A model generated the notes under the pieces. That model saw only the letters and a list, made by a program, of their open reading frames with translations, was not told where the DNA came from and searched no databases. From the NCBI GenBank assembly GCA_964502005.1, contig CAZCUX010000001.1:196653-260652 (forward strand): 64,000 nt of DNA. Direction: 5' to 3'. The first letter of the stretch is position 1; each line of letters opens with the position of its first letter. This document shows, piece after piece, positions 54,021-64,000 of the stretch. A program made the position numbers and the translations under genes. The DNA comes from an uncultured Enterobacterales bacterium. GTDB taxonomy: Bacteria > Myxococcota_A > UBA796 > UBA2385.

Positions 54021-54695
54021 ATGAGTGCTGCAGCAGAACACGGGCACGGGCACGAACATCCGCCGTACCTCGCCCATCACTTCTTCACGATGAACCAGCA
54101 GGCCGACTCTGCCAAGATGGGCATGTGGCTGTTCCTGGTTCAGGAAATCCTGTTCTTCGCCGGCTTGTTCATGGCATACACCGCCATGCGCTACATCTAC
54201 CCCGGCACTTGGTTGAGCGCGGCTGAGGAGCTGGACAAGGTGATGGGCGCGACCAACACGGTCGTCCTGTTGACCTCCTCCCTCACGATGGCCTTGGGCG
54301 TTCGCGCCGCCCAAATGGGCAACAACAAGGCAGTGGCCGCTTGGTGTGCCGCTACGTTGTTGGGCGCATACGGGTTCATGGTCATCAAGTACCTTGAGTA
54401 CTCCCACAAGCTGCACGTCGGGCTTCTTCCTGGCGAGTTCTTCAGCTTTGAAGGCTTGGACCGCAACGCAGTGGACGCACCCCAGCTGTTCTTCAGCGTC
54501 TATTTCATGATGACTGGAGTTCACGGTCTTCACGTTGTCATCGGTATTGGCGTCATCGTGTGGATTATGTTCAAGGCGTTGGGCGGCAAGTTCAACTCTG
54601 AGAACTACGCAGCGGTCGAGAATGTCGGCTTGTACTGGCACCTTGTCGACCTTATCTGGATTTTCCTCTTCCCCCTTCTCTACCTGGTTCGGTAG
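54021..54695 (+). CDS. ctaE: Cytochrome c oxidase subunit III
   Basis: Blocks: MGMWLFLVQEILFFAGLF, YFMMTGVHGLHV and GLYWHLVDLIWIFLFPLLY. Confidence 0.9.
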   Translation: MSAAAEHGHGHEHPPYLAHHFFTMNQQADSAKMGMWLFLVQEILFFAGLFMAYTAMRYIYPGTWLSAAEELDKVMGATNTVVLLTSSLTMALGVRAAQMGNNKAVAAWCAATLLGAYGFMVIKYLEYSHKLHVGLLPGEFFSFEGLDRNAVDAPQLFFSVYFMMTGVHGLHVVIGIGVIVWIMFKALGGKFNSENYAAVENVGLYWHLVDLIWIFLFPLLYLVR

Positions 54696-54710
54696 GTCGT
54701 GGAGGCACCC

Positions 54711-55100
54711 ATGGCTCATCATGCGAACGCCGCCCACGGCGACGAACATCACGACGGCCTCGGCCATCACATCTCGCCGCTCTCTACCTACTTCGCCGTT
54801 TACGGTGCATTGTTGGTGTTGACGGTGTTGACGGTGGCGGTCAGCTACGCGGAGCTTCCGCCGGAGCAGTCCATCCCGGCTGCAATTGCGGTGGCATCGG
54901 TGAAGGCCACGTTGGTTGCTGCTTGGTTCATGCATCTCAAGTATGACAAGCGCTTCAACGTGTTCATCTTCCTCGCTGCGTTGTGGTTCATGGCGGTCTT
55001 CTTCATCTTCACCCTGTTCGACCTCACGTCGCGGGGTAAGGTGTTGGAAACCAACAACCACTACGAGTTCCGGCTGGACAAAGAAGAGTCGGGCTCCTGA
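54711..55100 (+). CDS. ctaF: Cytochrome c oxidase subunit IV (prokaryotic caa3 type)
   Basis: GGAGG lies 5 nt upstream of ATG 54711. Three hydrophobic helices and the KATLVAAWFMHLKYD block are typical of this small subunit. Confidence 0.75.
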   Translation: MAHHANAAHGDEHHDGLGHHISPLSTYFAVYGALLVLTVLTVAVSYAELPPEQSIPAAIAVASVKATLVAAWFMHLKYDKRFNVFIFLAALWFMAVFFIFTLFDLTSRGKVLETNNHYEFRLDKEESGS

Positions 55101-55115
55101 GTCCCGAGGCTTTGG

Positions 55116-55352
55116 ATGACCGACGATAGGTCAGACAACGGGGCGGCCATTGGCCGCCCTTCGTGTATTTGTGGCTATGACCGGAATCACCATATGGTGT
55201 CTCCGGTTCCTACCTACACCAACTGGGGCAAGTTCTGGGTCATCTTCATGGGTGTGAGCACGCGGCCAATTCGGATTGATTTCCAGTGCCGAGTTTGCAA
55301 CGAAGTGTTCGACCACACCGAAGATCCCGCAGAGCTCGCCCAATACCTTTGA
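55116..55352 (+). CDS. Small Cys-containing hypothetical protein (78 aa)
   Basis: ATG at 55116, directly after the oxidase genes. The motifs are CxC (SCICG) and CxxC (CRVC). Coding status is plausible but unproven. Confidence 0.4.
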   Translation: MTDDRSDNGAAIGRPSCICGYDRNHHMVSPVPTYTNWGKFWVIFMGVSTRPIRIDFQCRVCNEVFDHTEDPAELAQYL

Positions 55353-55418
55353 CGCACTGCAGGATGGTCTGCGGTCGGCTATGTGGCCACCGTTCCCGTC
55401 CTCTGTAGGAGAGACAAG

Positions 55419-56396
55419 ATGAAGGCTCCCATCAAGGTTGCGGTCACTGGCGCCGCTGGTAACATCGGCTACGCCCTCCTTTTCCGCATTGCATCTGGCG
55501 ACTGCTTCGGCAAAGACCAGCCCGTCATTTTGAGCCTGCTCGAAGTGACCCCTGCGCTTGGCGCCTTGGAAGGCGTCGTGATGGAGTTGAACGATTGCGC
55601 GTTCCCGCTCCTTCACGGCATCGAAACCAGCGACGACCCCAACGTCGCGTTCAATGGTGCGAACCAGATTTTCCTCGTGGGTAGCCGCCCCCGTGGTCCT
55701 GGGATGCAGCGCGCCGACCTCGTGGCGGTCAACGGCCCTATCTTCACCGGCCAAGGCCAGGCGATTTCTCGTGCAGCCTCCGATGTTCGCGTGATTGTGG
55801 TGGGCAACCCCTGCAACACCAACGCGCTCATCGCCATGCACGCTGCCAAGGACGTTCCCGCCGAGCGGTTCACCGCAATGACCCGCCTCGACCAAAACCG
55901 CGCCATTTCGCAGTTGGCCGGCAAGTTGGGCAAAAATCCGTCCAGCATCACCAAGATGGCCATCTGGGGCAACCACGGCCCCGCGATGTACGCCGACTAC
56001 TTCCAGGCCGAGTGCGATGGTACCCCCATCACCAGCCTGATCGACGAAGCCTGGCTCAAGGGTGAGTTCCTCGCGACGGTTTCGGATCGTGGCAAGGCCA
56101 TCATCGATGCCCGTGGCAAGTCGAGCGCCGCGAGCGCTGCTGCCGCCGCTATCGACCATATGGCCGATTGGGCCAATGGCACGCGCGCCGGCGACTTCGT
56201 GAGCATGGCCATTCCGAGCAAGGGCTGGTACGGCATCCCCGAAGGCCTCATCTTCAGCTTCCCCGTGACCATTCAGAACGGTGTCTACACCGTGGTGGAA
56301 GGTCTTCAGCACGGCGCGTTCTCGCAGGAGCGCATCGCGGCCAACGTGGCTGAGTTGGAAGAAGAGCGCAACGCCATCCTCGACCTGCTCAAGTAA
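55419..56396 (+). CDS. mdh: Malate dehydrogenase
   Basis: Blocks: [31 protein letters not shown] and IWGNHG. This is the MDH type 2 pattern. Confidence 0.9.
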   Translation: MKAPIKVAVTGAAGNIGYALLFRIASGDCFGKDQPVILSLLEVTPALGALEGVVMELNDCAFPLLHGIETSDDPNVAFNGANQIFLVGSRPRGPGMQRADLVAVNGPIFTGQGQAISRAASDVRVIVVGNPCNTNALIAMHAAKDVPAERFTAMTRLDQNRAISQLAGKLGKNPSSITKMAIWGNHGPAMYADYFQAECDGTPITSLIDEAWLKGEFLATVSDRGKAIIDARGKSSAASAAAAAIDHMADWANGTRAGDFVSMAIPSKGWYGIPEGLIFSFPVTIQNGVYTVVEGLQHGAFSQERIAANVAELEEERNAILDLLK

Positions 56397-56447
56397 GGAC
56401 TGCTTCGGCCTCCCGTGTGTGGAGGCCCGAATGTCGTACCGTCCCAG

Positions 56448-56484
56448 CCACTTCGATGCGTATTTGCGTCGAAGTGGTTTTTTT
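56448..56484 (+). terminator. Rho-independent terminator of mdh
   Basis: ccacttcgatgc / gcgtcgaagtgg forms a 12-bp stem with one G-U pair and a 6-nt loop, followed by T7 (56478-56484). A smaller GGCCTCC/GGAGGCC hairpin lies at 56407-56427. Confidence 0.8.
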
Positions 56485-56656
56485 ACGAATCCAGGCTGCC
56501 CTGGTTGTTGGGATTGTGGCATAGTGCGGAGCCAAGGAATCTCCCTGTTACCGTGCCGACATTGTCGCTGTGCTGCGATTGCGGCATAGTAGGGGTTGGA
56601 GTGGGATTGCCCTCCTGCCCGTAGGTCGGGTTCTCGTCGTTACTTCTGGAGTGGAC

Positions 56657-58219
56657 ATGCACCGCAGCGCGTTGGCCATGGTTGTACTTCTTGCGTCGTG
56701 CAGCGACCAAAACTTCTCGAAGCTCACCGACCAAAACCAGGGCGACGAGCCCAATATTGAAGTCAGCCCCTTGCTGCTTCAGTTTGGTACGGCCGCGCGC
56801 GACGACGACGCCATCGTGCAGACCTTCGTCGTGCGCAGCACGGGTGCCGTCGACCTTCATATCGACAGCATCATTGTCGATGGCGATGCGGCAGCAAGCT
56901 TCACCGTACTGACCGACCTTTCCGGCGTTGTGCTGCCACCGGGCACCGAGAAGAGCGTGGATGTCGCGTTTGTCCCGATGGGTGCAAACCAGCAGTTCGC
57001 AACCGCCACCGTCATCAGCGACGACCCCGACGAACCCTTGGTCGGTGTAGAGCTTTACGGTGAAGGTGCGGTCCCAGAGCTTGCTATCACTCCCAATCCG
57101 CTGGACTTCGGCACGTCCTATGTCGGCTGCGGCAATGAGCTGTTGGTCGAGCTGACCAACGTTGGCTCCGATACGCTCATCATCGACAGCTTCGAACAAA
57201 CGGGAGATGTCGAAATCCAGCTCTCTGCCTATGCCAGCTTGCCGCTCACGTTGGAGCCGGGTGAGTTTTCGCAGGCAACGTTTACCTTCTCGCCCGAAGA
57301 AGAAGGCGCATTCACGGGCGCTTTCGCCGTTACCTCCAATGAGCCCCTGGGCACGCGGGTAGCGGACCAAGCGGGAATTGGCGCGTTTGCTGGCTGGTAC
57401 ACCGATGTTTGGGAGATCCCCAGCGATCCACCCACCGACATCATGTTCGCCATCGACCAGTCCTGCTCGATGGACGACGACCAAGCCCGCCTCGCGAGCA
57501 ACTTCTCGACCTTCATTTCGTTGTTGTCGGGATACTCGAACGATTGGCAAATCATCATCGCCAACAACGATGATGGCTGCAACCAAACCGGCATCCTCAC
57601 GCCGGGAACCGCGAGCTACCAGTCCATCTTTACGAGCCAGGTCGGTGTGGGCGGTGGCTCGTTTACCGAAGCGCTTCTCACGGTTGGGGCACGCGCCGCA
57701 GAGTCCGCTGCATACGCCGGTGGCTGCAACTACGGCTTCATGCGGGAAGGCGCCGCGCTGCACTTGGTTGTGGTGTCCGACGAGCCCGAACAGTCCGCGT
57801 TTATCTCCGGCGACAACTGGAGCACCTTGGTCTCGCGGCTCCAGGCGGCCAAGGGCGACCCCGGAATGGTGAAGATTTCGGCCATCGCGGGTGACTATCC
57901 GAGCGGTTGCGGCAGCGCCGACGCGGGCGACGGCTACTACCAAGCCGTCGGTGCCACCCATGGCGAGTTCATCTCGATTTGCTCAGACTGGGCCAATGCT
58001 TCTACTCTTGAGCAGCTGGCCTCGGCGTCTATCATCCAAAACGCCTTCGAGTTGCTGCAAAAGCCCATTCCTGAGACCATTCAGGTCTACGTCAACGGCG
58101 TCGGCGTGAGCGACTGGACCTACAACCCCACGGCAAACACCGTCACGCTCGACACCGCCAACCCCACGGGTGGCGACGTCGTCGAGATTTCGTATGGCGG
58201 CGCCGCCAGCTGCGACTGA
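56657..58219 (+). CDS. Lipoprotein with two Ig-like (choice-of-anchor-D-like) repeats and a vWA-like domain
   Basis: The lipobox is MHRSALAMVVLLASC. The repeats are LQFGTAARDD...VVRSTGAVDLHIDS and LDFGTSYVGCGNELLVELTNVGSDTLIIDS. A MIDAS-like DxSxS motif occurs in FAIDQSCSMDDD. Confidence 0.65.
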   Translation: MHRSALAMVVLLASCSDQNFSKLTDQNQGDEPNIEVSPLLLQFGTAARDDDAIVQTFVVRSTGAVDLHIDSIIVDGDAAASFTVLTDLSGVVLPPGTEKSVDVAFVPMGANQQFATATVISDDPDEPLVGVELYGEGAVPELAITPNPLDFGTSYVGCGNELLVELTNVGSDTLIIDSFEQTGDVEIQLSAYASLPLTLEPGEFSQATFTFSPEEEGAFTGAFAVTSNEPLGTRVADQAGIGAFAGWYTDVWEIPSDPPTDIMFAIDQSCSMDDDQARLASNFSTFISLLSGYSNDWQIIIANNDDGCNQTGILTPGTASYQSIFTSQVGVGGGSFTEALLTVGARAAESAAYAGGCNYGFMREGAALHLVVVSDEPEQSAFISGDNWSTLVSRLQAAKGDPGMVKISAIAGDYPSGCGSADAGDGYYQAVGATHGEFISICSDWANASTLEQLASASIIQNAFELLQKPIPETIQVYVNGVGVSDWTYNPTANTVTLDTANPTGGDVVEISYGGAASCD

Positions 58220-58236
58220 ATCGTCGCTTCCGTATT

Positions 58237-58267
58237 CACAGGCTCGCCAGCTGTTGGCGGGCCTGTG
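58237..58267. terminator. Hairpin between convergent genes; candidate bidirectional terminator
   Basis: cacaggctcgcca-gctgt-tggcgggcctgtg forms a 13-bp stem with one G-U pair and a 5-nt loop. There is no U tract. Confidence 0.55.
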
Positions 58268-58272
58268 TTGCT

Positions 58273-59280
58273 TCAGCGGGGCAGCTGGGTGAAGGCGTGC
58301 AATGCTCGGGCAATGTGGTCGTCGTGGATGTCCAGGTGCGTCACGAGGCGTAGCTCTTGGGGCCCTACGCCCAGCACCCGCACGCCAAAACCGGCGAGAT
58401 GGGCCACAGCGTCGGCAGCCACGGGCACGGTGACGTACACCATGTTGGTGTCGGGCGTTCGCACGGTGTAGCCTTGTGCCGCGAGACCCTCCGCGAGAAC
58501 GCGCGCCCGTCGGTGGTCGTCGGCGAGACGGTCAATGTGGTGGGTGAGCGCGTACATTCCGGCTGCAGCCAGGATTCCGGCTTGGCGCATGCCCCCGCCG
58601 AGGGCCTTGCGAAAGCGGCGGGCCCGCTCTTCGAGGGCGGCGGGCATCGCGAGCACGCTCCCCACCGGTGCGCCCAATCCTTTGGACAGGCACAGGCTCA
58701 CTGTATCGAAGTCTCGCGTCCGACGCGCCGCCGACACGCCCGATGCGACCACGGCGTTCATCAGCCTTGCGCCATCGAGGTGTGCCGCAGCGCCGTGTTG
58801 ATGGGCTACATCGGCGAGGGCGTCGAGGCGTTCGAGGGGATGGACGGTGCCTCCGCCGCGGTTGGACGTGTCTTCGACCGAAACGAGGGTCGCAGGGCTG
58901 AAGTGCGCATCGACAGGGCGAAACGCCGCCGCGACCGCGCGGGGGTCGAGGACGCCATTCACGCCGACGATGGGCCGCGTGGACACGCCTGACAGCATCG
59001 CCGCGCCGCCGGCCTCGTAGTTGAACGGGTGGGCGCCCGCCTCGCAAAGCATCTCGTCGCCGGCGCGAGTGTGAATGTGAATTGCGATTTGATTGGCCAT
59101 CGTACCGGATGGTACGAAAATCGCCCGCTCTTTTCCGAGCAGCTGCGCGGCCATCGCCTCAAGCGCGAGGACGCTGGGGTCCTCGCCGAAGACGTCGTCG
59201 CCGACTTCTGCGTTGGCCATCGCTGCGCGCATTGCGGGGACCGGGCGGGTGACGGTGTCGCTTCGAAGGTCGACGAACAT
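58273..59280 (-). CDS. ltaE: Low-specificity L-threonine aldolase
   Basis: Blocks: [33 protein letters not shown] and [12 protein letters not shown] (PLP Lys). Confidence 0.85.
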   Translation of the reverse strand: MFVDLRSDTVTRPVPAMRAAMANAEVGDDVFGEDPSVLALEAMAAQLLGKERAIFVPSGTMANQIAIHIHTRAGDEMLCEAGAHPFNYEAGGAAMLSGVSTRPIVGVNGVLDPRAVAAAFRPVDAHFSPATLVSVEDTSNRGGGTVHPLERLDALADVAHQHGAAAHLDGARLMNAVVASGVSAARRTRDFDTVSLCLSKGLGAPVGSVLAMPAALEERARRFRKALGGGMRQAGILAAAGMYALTHHIDRLADDHRRARVLAEGLAAQGYTVRTPDTNMVYVTVPVAADAVAHLAGFGVRVLGVGPQELRLVTHLDIHDDHIARALHAFTQLPR

Positions 59281-60893
59281 CAGGCGGTCCTCCGCGTAAC
59301 GAGCGTCGGAAGGTAGTCGGTGGGGGGCGAGACCTCGGCCAATGTGAGCACCGTTGCGCCAATTCGTGCGATGCTACCAGCGATGTCGCTGTCGCCTTGG
59401 GGCACAGCGAGGGTCCATTCGTGGGTGGGGTCCACAAGGAGGAACGGAACCGGATTCAACGAATGGCTGGTGGACGGCACGAGCTGGTGCTTGTCGTCAT
59501 AGAGCAAGGCGCCCGTTTTTTTATTTCGAGACGCCATCTCTTCCACGTTGCCGTGGTCGGCGGTGACAAGCAAGATGGTGCCCGTATCTTCCGCCGCGCG
59601 GACCAAGCGGCCCAAGGCGCGGTCCAGCGCTTCGACGGCCTGCACCGCGGCGGCGAGATTGCCCGTGTGCCCGACCATGTCGCCATTGGCGAGGTTGATG
59701 CGTGCGGCATCAAAGCTACGGGCGGTCATTTGACGAATTACTTCGTCGACAATCTGTTCGGCCTTCATCTCGGGCTTTTCGTCAAAGGGAACGACGTCCG
59801 ATAGCACTTCGTGGCGTCGCTCTCCCTTTGGGACGTCGCTGCGGTTGCCATTGAAGAAATAGGTGACGTGGCCGAATTTTTGTGTTTCGCTCGCGGCGAA
59901 CGAGCGGCGTTGTGCGTGCGAAAGGTGCTCAGAGACGGTCCCTGCAATCGCGGGCGGTGCGACGAGTGTGCAGCCAGGAATTGCGAGGTCGCCGTCGTAC
60001 TCCATCATTCCGACGAACAGCACCTCGGGACGGGGAGAACGTTCGAACGCGGTGAAGTCGTCCCACGCTTCGAATGCGCGGCTGATTTCAATCGCCCGGT
60101 CTCCGCGGAAGTTGGTCAGCACGCAGCAGTCGCCGTCTTCCATCCCCGAATACCCCTCCACGACAAAGGGGGGCATCCACTGGTCGTCGACGCGGGCGTC
60201 GGCGGCGTAGCGTGCTTCAATTCCTGCACGCGCGGAGACTTCGCGCGGACCTTCACCGCCTACATGCAGGCGCCAACCTCGCTCCACCATGGGCCAATCG
60301 GCCTCGTAGCGGTCCATCGTGACGACCATTCGGCCGCCGACGGTGGCGATGGCATAGTCGAAGCCTTGGTCACGGGCGGTCTGAAGCGCGGCCTCAAGGC
60401 GGTCCACGAAGCCAAGCGCGCTGCGGGGTTGCACATCGCGGCCGTCGGTCAACACATGGACGCGCAGTCGACGTACGTCCGTCTGGCGTGCTTTTTCGAT
60501 GAGGAGTATGGTGTGGTCGATGTGGCTGTGCACATTTCCATCGCTCAACAAGCCCAACAGGTGCAGGGTGCCCCCGCGTTCGGTTCGCCTCTGAATGGCA
60601 TCCCACGCGATGCTTTCCCAAATTCGTCCGCTTTCGAAGGCATCCTGGACCAGCTTCGCGCCTTGCGCAAACACCCGGCCCGCGCCCATTGCGTTGTGGC
60701 CGACCTCCGAGTTGCCCATGTCGTCGTCGGAGGGCATTCCGACCGCGCGGCCGTGTGCCGCCAACAAGCACCAAGGGTGATTGGCGAGAAGGGAATCCCA
60801 GACGGGGGTGTGGGCGAGGTGAATGGCGTTTGCGGCGTCGGGGCGGCCCCAACCGAAGCCATCCAGGACACACAACAAATGGGGCGTGGGCAT
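59280..60893 (-). CDS. gpmI: 2,3-bisphosphoglycerate-independent phosphoglycerate mutase
   Basis: Blocks: [31 protein letters not shown] and VTADHGN. The stop overlaps the ltaE start by 1 nt. Confidence 0.9.
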   Translation of the reverse strand: MPTPHLLCVLDGFGWGRPDAANAIHLAHTPVWDSLLANHPWCLLAAHGRAVGMPSDDDMGNSEVGHNAMGAGRVFAQGAKLVQDAFESGRIWESIAWDAIQRRTERGGTLHLLGLLSDGNVHSHIDHTILLIEKARQTDVRRLRVHVLTDGRDVQPRSALGFVDRLEAALQTARDQGFDYAIATVGGRMVVTMDRYEADWPMVERGWRLHVGGEGPREVSARAGIEARYAADARVDDQWMPPFVVEGYSGMEDGDCCVLTNFRGDRAIEISRAFEAWDDFTAFERSPRPEVLFVGMMEYDGDLAIPGCTLVAPPAIAGTVSEHLSHAQRRSFAASETQKFGHVTYFFNGNRSDVPKGERRHEVLSDVVPFDEKPEMKAEQIVDEVIRQMTARSFDAARINLANGDMVGHTGNLAAAVQAVEALDRALGRLVRAAEDTGTILLVTADHGNVEEMASRNKKTGALLYDDKHQLVPSTSHSLNPVPFLLVDPTHEWTLAVPQGDSDIAGSIARIGATVLTLAEVSPPTDYLPTLVTRRTA

Positions 60894-60982
60894 TGGTCCT
60901 CCGCGAGGTTTGCCCGACCTAACCCACTGTTGGATGTTTCGGATGCGAGGGCGGCTTCGGAAGACGACGGGGCCGCGCGTTT

Positions 60983-61504
60983 TTAGGGACCCGGATGCTC
61001 GCCCGTGGCCTCGTGGGTGCTCGTATATTCGTCCCAGTCGGGCTCAGATGGCTCGTCTGCGGGGAGGATGGGGTGGGGCACCGATGCGACCCAAAACGCG
61101 GCGTGAATGCCTGCGAGGGCACTAACAGGGATGACGCGTAACCAATACACCCCATAAAACACTTTGAGAATGTTCCAGATTCCCGAGTTCCATTGGGGGG
61201 GCCAAAACAAAAAGTACAGCGTGACGGCACACCAGCCGGCCGCTATCCCCGCGAACGCTCCAAGTGCCACCCTGCGTGCGGTGGTGGAGCAAGGTACGGA
61301 CAATAAGGGATACCACGCGAGGCCCATTGCAGCGCCCAGTTGGAGCGACCGAATGCTCGCCGGGCCGAACAACGCCATCCAAAGCGGCGTATGGGAGTCC
61401 GTGACCTGCACGGCAAAGGACACCGTCCAACCTGCCCCGCAAAACACAAGCGCCGCGCGAACGGCCGAACGGAGGCGGGGATGAAAGGCCAGAATTTTAG
61501 GCAT
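60983..61504 (-). CDS. Hypothetical membrane protein
   Basis: About four hydrophobic segments are present. ATG 61504 is chosen; a GTG at 61519 is also in frame. I recognise no family. Confidence 0.5.
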   Translation of the reverse strand: MPKILAFHPRLRSAVRAALVFCGAGWTVSFAVQVTDSHTPLWMALFGPASIRSLQLGAAMGLAWYPLLSVPCSTTARRVALGAFAGIAAGWCAVTLYFLFWPPQWNSGIWNILKVFYGVYWLRVIPVSALAGIHAAFWVASVPHPILPADEPSEPDWDEYTSTHEATGEHPGP

Positions 61505-61597
61505 TAGGTGCGCGGCCACAAATAGTTGTCACGGAACCTGCCGAACGAAGCCCACCGGGGAGACATGGTCGCGGTAGCATGGGGTTGCGGAGGCATC

Positions 61598-62815
61598 ATG
61601 GTTGGTCGTGTGGTTGTCATCGGGGGCGGAATCACAGGAGTCCTCTCTGCAGTACGGCTCGCGCGGGCAGGTTTTGAGGTGGTTCTGGTGGAAGCCCATC
61701 ATATTGGTGCCGGGAGCAGCTCCCGTACCGCTGCGGGGATCCGTCAGCAATTCTCCACACCCGAGACAGTCCTTGGGATGCGGTATGCAGTGGACGTCTA
61801 CCGTCGATTTCCCGAGGAGGTCGGCGGACTGGTTTCACCTATCGTCGAAAATGGGTACCTGTTTTTGCTCGAAGGGGGCTTGGAGGCCGCTCGTTCCCGC
61901 GTCGCGATGCAAAAGGCCCAAGGACTCGCAGAAGTCGAGTTCCTGACCGCCGACGAAACGGTGGAACGCTTTTCGTTTGTGGACGGTTCCACAATCGTTG
62001 GCGCGACCTGGTGCCCGTCCGATGGCTTCTTGCGCCCCGAGGTGGTGTACGGGGAAGCAGCGGCCTCGGCCCGCGCGTATGGCGTCGACATTCGGCAACA
62101 AGCGCCGGTGACCGACGTTCGCGTGCAGGGCGACCGCATCGTGTCGGTGCGGGCGGGCGACTCCTGGGTCAGTGGCGACGTGTTTGTCGACGCGACGAAT
62201 GCGTGGAGTCCGCGTTTGGCGCAGGTGTTGGGTGCGGAGGTGCTCCCCGTTTCGCCTGTTCGCCGCTATCTTTGGTTTATCGGTCGGGGCGGCGACATGG
62301 CAGCTGAGACGCTCGTGCGAATGCCGATGGTCGTGACGCCTGCTGGTGCTTATTGTCACCCGGAAAACGCCGAGACCTTGATGACCGGCTGGGCCCATGA
62401 TGCCGCGCCAGAGCCAGAATTTGCCTTTGAGGACCAAGACCGCATTGAGCCTGCGTTCCATCACAAAGCCGGCGTCGATGGGCGCGCGGTCGATACTTGG
62501 ATGACGCTCTCGCATTACCTCCCTGCGGTTGGCGAATTCAAGGGCATTCACGCCACAACGTGTGGCATGTATGCCGTAACACCCGACCACAACCCATTTT
62601 TGTCTTATGACCAGGCCCGTACCAACCTAATTCGGGCCGTGGGCTTTAGCGGACACGGCGCCATGTTTGGGCCTTTCTCCGCGCTGACGGTTCACGCGCT
62701 CGTCGAAGCAGGCCGCAACGTAGACTCGGTGCATGTCTTGGGTCGTGAAGCAAATGTCAGCGCGTTTCGGACAGGGCGTTCGTTCCATGGGCACACCGAA
62801 GCTCTCGTGATTTAG
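61598..62815 (+). CDS. FAD-dependent oxidoreductase (DAO/sarcosine-oxidase-beta-like family)
   Basis: GGAGG lies upstream of ATG 61598. The dinucleotide fold is VVVIGGGITGVLSAVRLARAGFEVVLVE. RTAAGIR and GFSGHG are also present. Confidence 0.8.
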   Translation: MVGRVVVIGGGITGVLSAVRLARAGFEVVLVEAHHIGAGSSSRTAAGIRQQFSTPETVLGMRYAVDVYRRFPEEVGGLVSPIVENGYLFLLEGGLEAARSRVAMQKAQGLAEVEFLTADETVERFSFVDGSTIVGATWCPSDGFLRPEVVYGEAAASARAYGVDIRQQAPVTDVRVQGDRIVSVRAGDSWVSGDVFVDATNAWSPRLAQVLGAEVLPVSPVRRYLWFIGRGGDMAAETLVRMPMVVTPAGAYCHPENAETLMTGWAHDAAPEPEFAFEDQDRIEPAFHHKAGVDGRAVDTWMTLSHYLPAVGEFKGIHATTCGMYAVTPDHNPFLSYDQARTNLIRAVGFSGHGAMFGPFSALTVHALVEAGRNVDSVHVLGREANVSAFRTGRSFHGHTEALVI

Positions 62816-63038
62816 CGCCTTGGGTTGCCTGTCGCGCGGAGCGGCAAGCGCCTTTCCTTGCTGCTGGCACCGTATGCTCACATGGCATCCGTCGCGAGGC
62901 GACGTGGGTTGCGTTATCGAGCTACCAGCCGGAAACCATTGCTCCCTGCGGGTTCCCCAACGCCCTGTGCGTCAAGCATCCCGAACCTGCGTGGAGCGAG
63001 CGTCAAAACAGTGATGCGGTCGTAACTTTGGAGGTCGT

Positions 63039-64000
63039 ATGAGTGGAGTGTCGGCACCTGGCCACGATTCGTTGGAGTCCTCGGGCACGTTTCCTGCGCC
63101 CACAGCCGATGAGCTCCGCCTGGCCTACCGCATCGCGGTTCGTTCGCGTTCGACCGAAGAGCATATCGTTCGCCTCGCAAGCCGCGGCGAAGTGAAGTTT
63201 GCGATTTGGGGTCCTGGCGAAGAAGTGCACGGCTCCGCGACTGCGCTCGCGCTCTCAAAAGTGGTGGGCGTCGACCGCTTTGGTATCGTGCCCCACTACC
63301 GCTCGGGCTGCTTGTGCGCGATGTGGTGCGAGCTCCAGGGCCGCGAGGGCTTCACCCGCGATGTGCTCCGCCAGCAGTTTTCCAAAGACACAGACCCCAT
63401 GAGCCGTGGTCGCCAGATGGTGTACCACCTCGACATTCGCGAGGTCGGTATTCTTCCGGTGCAAAGCCCCGTAGGGATGCAGCTCGGCAAAGCGGCCGGC
63501 TATGCCTTGGGATTCCGCATGAAAGGAATCCACGATGCGGTGACGATGGGCATCATCGGCGACGGCACCTCCGCCGAAGGCGACCTCCACGACACCATGA
63601 ACGCTGTCAGCGTCTGGTCTTTGCCCACCATCGTCTGCGTCACCGACAACGGCATCGCCATTAGCACGACGCCCGAAGAAGGCCGTGGCATTCGGTCTTT
63701 TGCCAAATATGCCGAGAGTTTCGGCGTCCGCGCATTTGCCTGCGACGGAAACGATTTCTGGGACGTCTACAATACAACGTTGGCCTGCGCCACGTACTGC
63801 CGGGACGAGCAAAAACCTGCGTTCTTGCACGTTCACAGCTTGCCTCGCTTCAACGGCCACAGCTCCGCCGCGGACATGACCTTCGACCTCAACCAGTCCG
63901 ACCCCTTGGTCGCGTTTGGTGCGCAGTTGGTGGAAATGGGTGTGCTGCAAGCCGGCGACGAGCTGCGCCGCGTACCCGGTGAAGGGCGCGACTTCTTCGC
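63039..64000 (+). CDS. Thiamine-diphosphate-dependent 2-oxoacid dehydrogenase E1 alpha subunit, 5' part (truncated by the window end)
   Basis: GGAGG lies upstream of ATG 63039. My translation gives ...HYRSGCLCAMW...GMQLGKAAGYALG...GIIGDGTSAEGDLHDTMNAVSVWSLPTIVCVTDNGIAIST, which is the GDG-x(24-27)-N TPP motif. There is no stop before position 64000. Confidence 0.8.
   Translation, partial: MSGVSAPGHDSLESSGTFPAPTADELRLAYRIAVRSRSTEEHIVRLASRGEVKFAIWGPGEEVHGSATALALSKVVGVDRFGIVPHYRSGCLCAMWCELQGREGFTRDVLRQQFSKDTDPMSRGRQMVYHLDIREVGILPVQSPVGMQLGKAAGYALGFRMKGIHDAVTMGIIGDGTSAEGDLHDTMNAVSVWSLPTIVCVTDNGIAISTTPEEGRGIRSFAKYAESFGVRAFACDGNDFWDVYNTTLACATYCRDEQKPAFLHVHSLPRFNGHSSAADMTFDLNQSDPLVAFGAQLVEMGVLQAGDELRRVPGEGRDFF

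Noticed and set aside
55131-57961. Minus-strand ORFs of 463 and 492 aa (55131-56522 and 56483-57961)
   Set aside because: They are antisense to mdh and the vWA lipoprotein gene and span a strong plus-strand terminator. They carry no motifs and have shadow-ORF composition.
62865-62880. TGGCAC...TGCT sigma54-like element upstream of the E1-alpha gene
   Set aside because: The -24 half is perfect, but the -12 element is mis-spaced by one nucleotide and lacks TTGC. This is not sufficient without a search or TSS data.
1-64000. Scan by eye for tRNA (GGTTCGAATCC-type T-arms), rRNA, tmRNA, RNase P or SRP signatures, transposase or integrase genes, and terminal inverted repeats
   Set aside because: None was recognised. 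This is a visual scan only, and tRNAscan-SE, Infernal and ISfinder searches would be needed to exclude them.

Overview
High-G+C bacterial chromosomal segment. My hand counts on 120-nt samples give about 70% G+C in typical genes. It is densely coded, with about 60 protein genes. I found no rRNA, tRNA, CRISPR array, transposase or integrase. All family calls come from motif recognition in the supplied translations, not from database searches. The gene content suggests a Myxococcota-like organism, which is inference only: many lipobox lipoproteins, PP2C/cNMP/GGDEF/class-III-cyclase signalling, an animal-type PAD, and a eukaryote-sized tryptophan 2,3-dioxygenase. Layout: 0-8.7 kb has a degenerate KAP-like P-loop protein, SDRs, an LLM oxidoreductase and a PAS-REC-HPt protein. 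8.9-12.6 kb is an SDR-GNAT-UvrD/exonuclease operon. 12.8-17.2 kb has MATE, HAD, glutaredoxin, a Tyr-tailed lipoprotein and a NYN nuclease. 17.2-17.8 kb is an AT-richer non-coding stretch with a strong sigma70-type promoter. 17.8-24.6 kb is a minus-strand run: cytochrome c, OM barrel, lipoprotein, SDR, then a lower-GC methyltransferase/sulfotransferase/DUF616 islet and an M19 dipeptidase. 24.8-27.7 kb has two secreted SRPBCC/START proteins and a diguanylate cyclase. 27.8-35.7 kb is a tryptophan/aminophenol-type module: LigB-type dioxygenase pair with a RidA fusion, kynB, a small-protein cassette, HEAT protein, PAD-like lipoprotein and kynA. 35.8-38.7 kb has a lipoprotein and a zinc-ribbon/class III cyclase. 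38.8-43.2 kb is a transglutaminase-like/ABC/lipoprotein/MlaE/MlaF chain. 43.5-45.7 kb has PP2C-cNMP and lepB. 45.8-55.4 kb has heme O synthase, SCO and a caa3-type cytochrome c oxidase. 55.4-64 kb is central metabolism: mdh, ltaE, gpmI, an FAD oxidoreductase and a truncated E1-alpha. Many adjacent genes overlap by 1 or 4 nt (ATGA, GTGA, TGATG, TAATG), which supports the operon calls. Most long ORFs in the track that lie antisense to these genes are high-GC shadow ORFs. The items I rate most worth a second look are the exported animal-type PAD in a kynA-PAD-HEAT cluster, the AmnB-like/AmnA-like-RidA/kynB module, and the promoter-driven 0.5-kb leader or ncRNA candidate upstream of the NYN gene.
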